A stretch of 10,617 nucleotides of DNA from an uncultured Oligoflexus sp. GTDB lineage: Bacteria; Bdellovibrionota_B; Oligoflexia; Oligoflexales; Oligoflexaceae. The stretch is taken from contig CAXSGP010000029.1 in NCBI GenBank assembly GCA_964236955.1, forward strand, positions 1 to 10,617, written 5' to 3'. Each line of letters opens with the position of its first letter. Position 1 is the stretch's first letter. Shown here one piece after another: positions 6,854-10,617 of this stretch. The position numbers were made by a program, and so were the translations under genes. The notes beneath the pieces were generated by a model. It did not search any database. It was given only the letters and a program-made list of their open reading frames with translations, and was not told where the DNA came from.

Positions 6854-7810
6854 TTGTTTCACCACTTCCTTATCGCTGTTCTTGGCGCCATCTTTCTGAT
6901 GGCAGCAGATTCTTATGCACAGGGTGCCGAGGAGCGAGGAGAGTTGGTCAGCAGTTATATCGATTTTAGAAAAAATGGCAGCTCCATCTACCAGCCGCCC
7001 CCCATTACCCATATGGTGCCAAGCTTTAACACCATCACCTATGCGATGGCTTATGAGAAAAGAAATGTGACGGTGCTGTCCCGGGAGGCCAATGGCGATT
7101 TGGATACTTTCAATCAGGGTTCGCTCAAGCAATCGGGCTATACCCTCGCTCCGCATCTGGCGATTTCCCTTAAGAAAGTCGGTATTGGCTTTTCGATTGA
7201 AAATTCAAAGAATATGGCCGAATATAGCTTCCGTCCGAATTATGGCAATAGCTACGAAACCCATCAGATGACCACCGTTGCCGCCTCGGGGCTTGGTTTC
7301 AACCTTTCGGCCTTACCCTTTGAAAAATTTCGAAAAGAAAATAAGCTGGCGTTGATTATCGGCGGCAAGAGTCTCTCGGTCCACCACGAATACACTGATT
7401 TCCTCTCGAGCAATAATAGCGGCTATTCCGTTGCACCGACGACCCTTCAATACAATATCCTTCGCTATGAAATTGGGGCTAATCTCACGCTCGCACTGCT
7501 CAAGCATTTTAGTGTGATCCCCTGGTTAGACTACAGCATGGCCGACACAAAGAGCGCCATGGCTGCCTTTAACAGTAAAGGCAATGCGGGCAATGCGGCG
7601 GCGCAAAGGCTCTTTGAAGACGATATTTTGCTCTTTTGGAAGCCCTACCCCAATCTTCGCTATGGCATCGATTTATCGATAGGCGTATTTGGTCTGGATA
7701 TACGGATTGGGAGCTTTTTAGGAAGCTTGGCGCGATTGAATGCGTCGCCGGATTATATGCAGGACAAAAGCTTTACTCTTAGTCTGTCTTTCGATCAGAA
7801 GGGCGGCTAA
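6854..7810 (+). CDS. Exported protein, probable outer-membrane beta-barrel
   Basis: TTG start and a signal-peptide-like N-terminus (MFHHFLIAVLGAIFLMAADSYA|Q). Many amphipathic beta-strand patterns occur (YTLAPHLAISL, VGIGFSIE, GLGFNLSAL, YEIGANLTLAL, FSVIPWLDYS, LRYGIDLSIGV, SFTLSLSF). Confidence 0.65.
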   Translation: MFHHFLIAVLGAIFLMAADSYAQGAEERGELVSSYIDFRKNGSSIYQPPPITHMVPSFNTITYAMAYEKRNVTVLSREANGDLDTFNQGSLKQSGYTLAPHLAISLKKVGIGFSIENSKNMAEYSFRPNYGNSYETHQMTTVAASGLGFNLSALPFEKFRKENKLALIIGGKSLSVHHEYTDFLSSNNSGYSVAPTTLQYNILRYEIGANLTLALLKHFSVIPWLDYSMADTKSAMAAFNSKGNAGNAAAQRLFEDDILLFWKPYPNLRYGIDLSIGVFGLDIRIGSFLGSLARLNASPDYMQDKSFTLSLSFDQKGG

Positions 7811-7899
7811 GAAAGCGGCGAGTGCCAGAGCCCTATGCGAACTCGGTTTATGTTCCCTGGCGCGGGCCGGCAAAAACTGCCAGTTCTTAAGAAAGATCC

Positions 7900-8934
7900 T
7901 TAGCTCACATGCTTCAAAAATTCCTCAAGACCCCCGTTGTTTTCGATGGAAGCCTTAAGCTCCTTTAGGCCTGTCTGAAGATCCATCTTAGGATTGTAGC
8001 CAAAATCCCGAACCGCTTTGTTGATCGAATAGGTGCCGTGTTTGGTAAGGAGGCTTGCTGAGTAGCGCGAGATTCGTGGGGATCGGGTCTTTCTAAGAGC
8101 GGGTATTTTCCAAAGTAGCTCAAAGATTTCGACCAGAGCCTTTAGGAGCAAAGGGGGTACAGACCCTTGAATAGGCTTTAGATTAAGCATCTTCCCAACT
8201 TCGGCCAAAAAATCCCAAAGCACCAGCTGCTCGCGGTCGGCAATGAAGTAGGCTTGTCCAGCCACGCGGGGCGACACAGCCGCCGCGAGACAGGCGTCAG
8301 CGAAGTTGTGCACATGACAGATGCTGGTCATCACCTTTTTGCCTGGAGCCAGGTTTTTCAATTTACCCTGATGCATGGCGAAAATGAGTTTTGGTAAAAA
8401 GCCGCTCTTATCACGCGGCCCCCAGATGCCGCGTGGTCTCAGGGAGCAGGTCATGAGAGAGGGACTATTGGCTTTCAGAACAGCCTGTTCGGAGAGCGCC
8501 TTGGTCTCGGCATAATAGTTTGCAAACCGCTTGGGATAAGGCTGCATCTCGTCAAAATCAAGATGATCCCGATCGTCGGCAAAAATACTCGGGCTGCTGA
8601 CAAAGACAAAGCGAGGCACCCTCTGCTTACGCGCGGCCGCTAACAGATTATCCGTTGCCACACAATTCGCGGCGATAAAATCCTCGCGGCTCCCCCAGTC
8701 CGTGACTCTTCCCGCAGGATGTATGATGACATCGATTCCGACCGCCGCCCGGTCAACAGCATCGGCGTCGGTAAGATCGCCGTAAACGATTTCAATTCTG
8801 TCACCTAAGGTCTTGAGATAGGATAGTTCGCTGGATCTACGGACCATGACCCGCACCCCAATGCCACGCGCCAGGCAACGGTCGACGAGGTGACTTCCCA
8901 CAAATCCAGCAGCACCTGTGATTAAATATTTCAT
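7900..8934 (-). CDS. oleD: OleD-like NAD(P)-dependent extended SDR (2-alkyl-3-oxoalkanoate reductase / 3-beta-HSD family)
   Basis: Rossmann motif LITGAAGFVG, catalytic Ser region FVSSPS, YxxxK motif (YAETK) and LRPRGIWGPRD. It starts 11 bp after the oleC-like stop, with AAGGA overlapping that stop. The symbol rests on family plus synteny. Confidence 0.8.
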   Translation of the reverse strand: MKYLITGAAGFVGSHLVDRCLARGIGVRVMVRRSSELSYLKTLGDRIEIVYGDLTDADAVDRAAVGIDVIIHPAGRVTDWGSREDFIAANCVATDNLLAAARKQRVPRFVFVSSPSIFADDRDHLDFDEMQPYPKRFANYYAETKALSEQAVLKANSPSLMTCSLRPRGIWGPRDKSGFLPKLIFAMHQGKLKNLAPGKKVMTSICHVHNFADACLAAAVSPRVAGQAYFIADREQLVLWDFLAEVGKMLNLKPIQGSVPPLLLKALVEIFELLWKIPALRKTRSPRISRYSASLLTKHGTYSINKAVRDFGYNPKMDLQTGLKELKASIENNGGLEEFLKHVS

Positions 8935-8945
8935 GTCGGAAATCC

Positions 8946-10617
8946 TTAGCCTTTGGTTTTAGGGCGCAGTGGCTTCCACCAGGTGGCTCCGAGAATAAAC
9001 GTCCGAAGAGCCGATTCCCTGGCGGTATAGCCATGAAAAGCACCGACAGTGATGCCCTCTGGAATCTGTGCCAGGTGAACGACGACGCTGAGAAAAAGGT
9101 CGATCCACCAAAGGTACGTCCAGAAACCCGCAGGTAGATCGACGGCGAACCCGAGCGCAATGTATAGCCAGCCCACAATGGGCACTATCTTTGCGTAAAA
9201 GCCCAGTTGGCTCTGGGGCAGGAGTTGATGTTCAGCCCAAATTTGCAGTTTCGGTCTTTCTATCTTCGCGTTGTGTCTAAGATCAACGGGAAATCGGCGG
9301 TGAAAGAGTATCGTCGTTATTTCGTGGGTGGCAGGATTGGCTGCGAGCAGGGCCAGACAGTTCCTGCGAATCTCTTCCCTATGGGCTGCGGAAGTCTTTT
9401 CTAAGAGTTCAATACACATGACGGGCGTTCCCTTCACACCCACCAATGCCGAGTGCTTAACCTCGCGATGGGTATTGGTAACACCTTCGCAGGCGACACT
9501 ATGCATGGTAAGGCCAGTCGAACTCTCAAAGGCGTGGGCCTTGCGACCGCAAAAAAACAGGACGCCATCGGGGTCCTGCCAGGCGAGGTCGCCCGTCCGA
9601 TGCCAAATTATTTCATCCTCCAGGCGTCGTTCGGTGATTTTGTGGGCGGCGTCCGCCTTAGGATTCATATGATAGGATTGGCTGACGTTGGCGCCGTGAA
9701 CAATTATTTCACCGATTTTGTCCGCCTCGACGCGAAGGCTTTCGTCCCAACTCGGAATATTATCGTCAGTCACCTTTATGAGCCGGGCTTGAATGCCGGG
9801 TAATATCCGGCCTATTGGGCTGCCCCGGCCCGATGCTATGAGTGGCTGGAACTTACCGAGAATATCTCGCCCCGAGATGGTGGCCAGGGGCAAGCCTTCG
9901 GTAGCGCCCCAACTCGAGTAGGTTTCACTTTTCTCGTCTAGGATAGAAGCGAGGGTTTTGAGCACGGGTATGCGGATCGGAGCGCCCCCTGAGTTGACGT
10001 TGCGCAGGCTCGACAATTTGATATTATTTTGGACCGCATAGGGTCCAACCTTGGCAAACAGAGCGGGCGAGGCCAGCATGGTCGTGACCTGATACGTTTG
10101 GATTACCCCGATAATCTTCTCAGGATCGACATCGCCAGGTTTGGCTGGATTCATAGGGGGAATCACCACGGTTGAACCAAGAATGAGTGACACAATACCA
10201 AAGAAGGGCACGGTCACCATATCGATATCGGCAGTCGTCTGATGGAATGACTTTTGAATGAGGTGCACGGTGGCCCGGAGCATGCCGTAGCTGGCTTCTA
10301 CGGCTTTGGCAGGACCGGTGCTTCCCGTTGTGAAATTGAGGATGGCGAGGTCCCTGGACCGGGTTTTGGCGATGGGAAATTCCAAAGCAGGAATTTTTAG
10401 CGACCGTTGATTGTCTAGGATCAGGTCGCTATCCCTAAGCACGATCTTGATCCTGACGCTTTGGAAATACTTGGGGGCGAGCCTACGAATGATGTGGGTG
10501 ATGGGTATGCCCACGAAGGCATCCGCGTGAATGGATTGATAGCTGATCAGCATTCTTTTGATGCCCATCCCCGGATCGACGACGACGGGAATCGCGCCCA
10601 CTCTTAAGATGGCGAGG
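8946..10617 (-). CDS. oleC: OleC-like AMP-dependent ligase (beta-lactone synthetase), 5'-truncated by the window edge, with a C-terminal membrane-domain fusion
   Basis: The frame is open to the window end (LAILRVGAIP...). OleC-typical motifs are GAIPVVVDPGMG, P-loop FTTGSTGPAK, WGATEGLP, WHRTGDL, FCGRKAH and FPVDLRHNAKI. About 90 extra hydrophobic residues follow the A10 lysine region. Confidence 0.88.
   Translation of the reverse strand, partial: LAILRVGAIPVVVDPGMGIKRMLISYQSIHADAFVGIPITHIIRRLAPKYFQSVRIKIVLRDSDLILDNQRSLKIPALEFPIAKTRSRDLAILNFTTGSTGPAKAVEASYGMLRATVHLIQKSFHQTTADIDMVTVPFFGIVSLILGSTVVIPPMNPAKPGDVDPEKIIGVIQTYQVTTMLASPALFAKVGPYAVQNNIKLSSLRNVNSGGAPIRIPVLKTLASILDEKSETYSSWGATEGLPLATISGRDILGKFQPLIASGRGSPIGRILPGIQARLIKVTDDNIPSWDESLRVEADKIGEIIVHGANVSQSYHMNPKADAAHKITERRLEDEIIWHRTGDLAWQDPDGVLFFCGRKAHAFESSTGLTMHSVACEGVTNTHREVKHSALVGVKGTPVMCIELLEKTSAAHREEIRRNCLALLAANPATHEITTILFHRRFPVDLRHNAKIERPKLQIWAEHQLLPQSQLGFYAKIVPIVGWLYIALGFAVDLPAGFWTYLWWIDLFLSVVVHLAQIPEGITVGAFHGYTARESALRTFILGATWWKPLRPKTKG

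Noticed and set aside
7811..7899. Possible bidirectional terminator between the convergent barrel and oleD genes (CCGGCA-AAAAC-TGCCAG region)
   Set aside because: The stem is short and imperfect with no U-tract on either side, so it cannot be supported as an intrinsic terminator.

Overview
A bacterial chromosomal window of roughly 50% GC (by eye). Gene style suggests Bdellovibrionota/Oligoflexia, which is an inference only. Left arm (minus strand): an XRE-type HTH regulator fused to an ImmA/IrrE-like domain whose HExxH zinc motif is replaced by KAMGK, followed 31 bp later by an exported monoheme (CxxCH) helical/TPR-like protein. A palindrome-rich divergent region of about 690 bp separates this pair from a plus-strand run: clpS, clpA, a hypothetical protein and a Cys-type glutathione S-transferase. 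A putative outer-membrane beta-barrel gene follows, with its ribosome-binding region inside a 12-bp hairpin. Right arm (minus strand): the 3' end of an ole-type olefin/beta-lactone cluster, with an oleC-like ligase (5' end outside the window) and an oleD-like reductase. The most unusual items are (i) the OleC-like enzyme fused in frame to a C-terminal membrane domain resembling DUF1145/YhhL and (ii) the catalytically dead XRE-IrrE regulator paired with a heme/TPR protein. I saw no RNA genes, CRISPR arrays or mobile elements that I can support.
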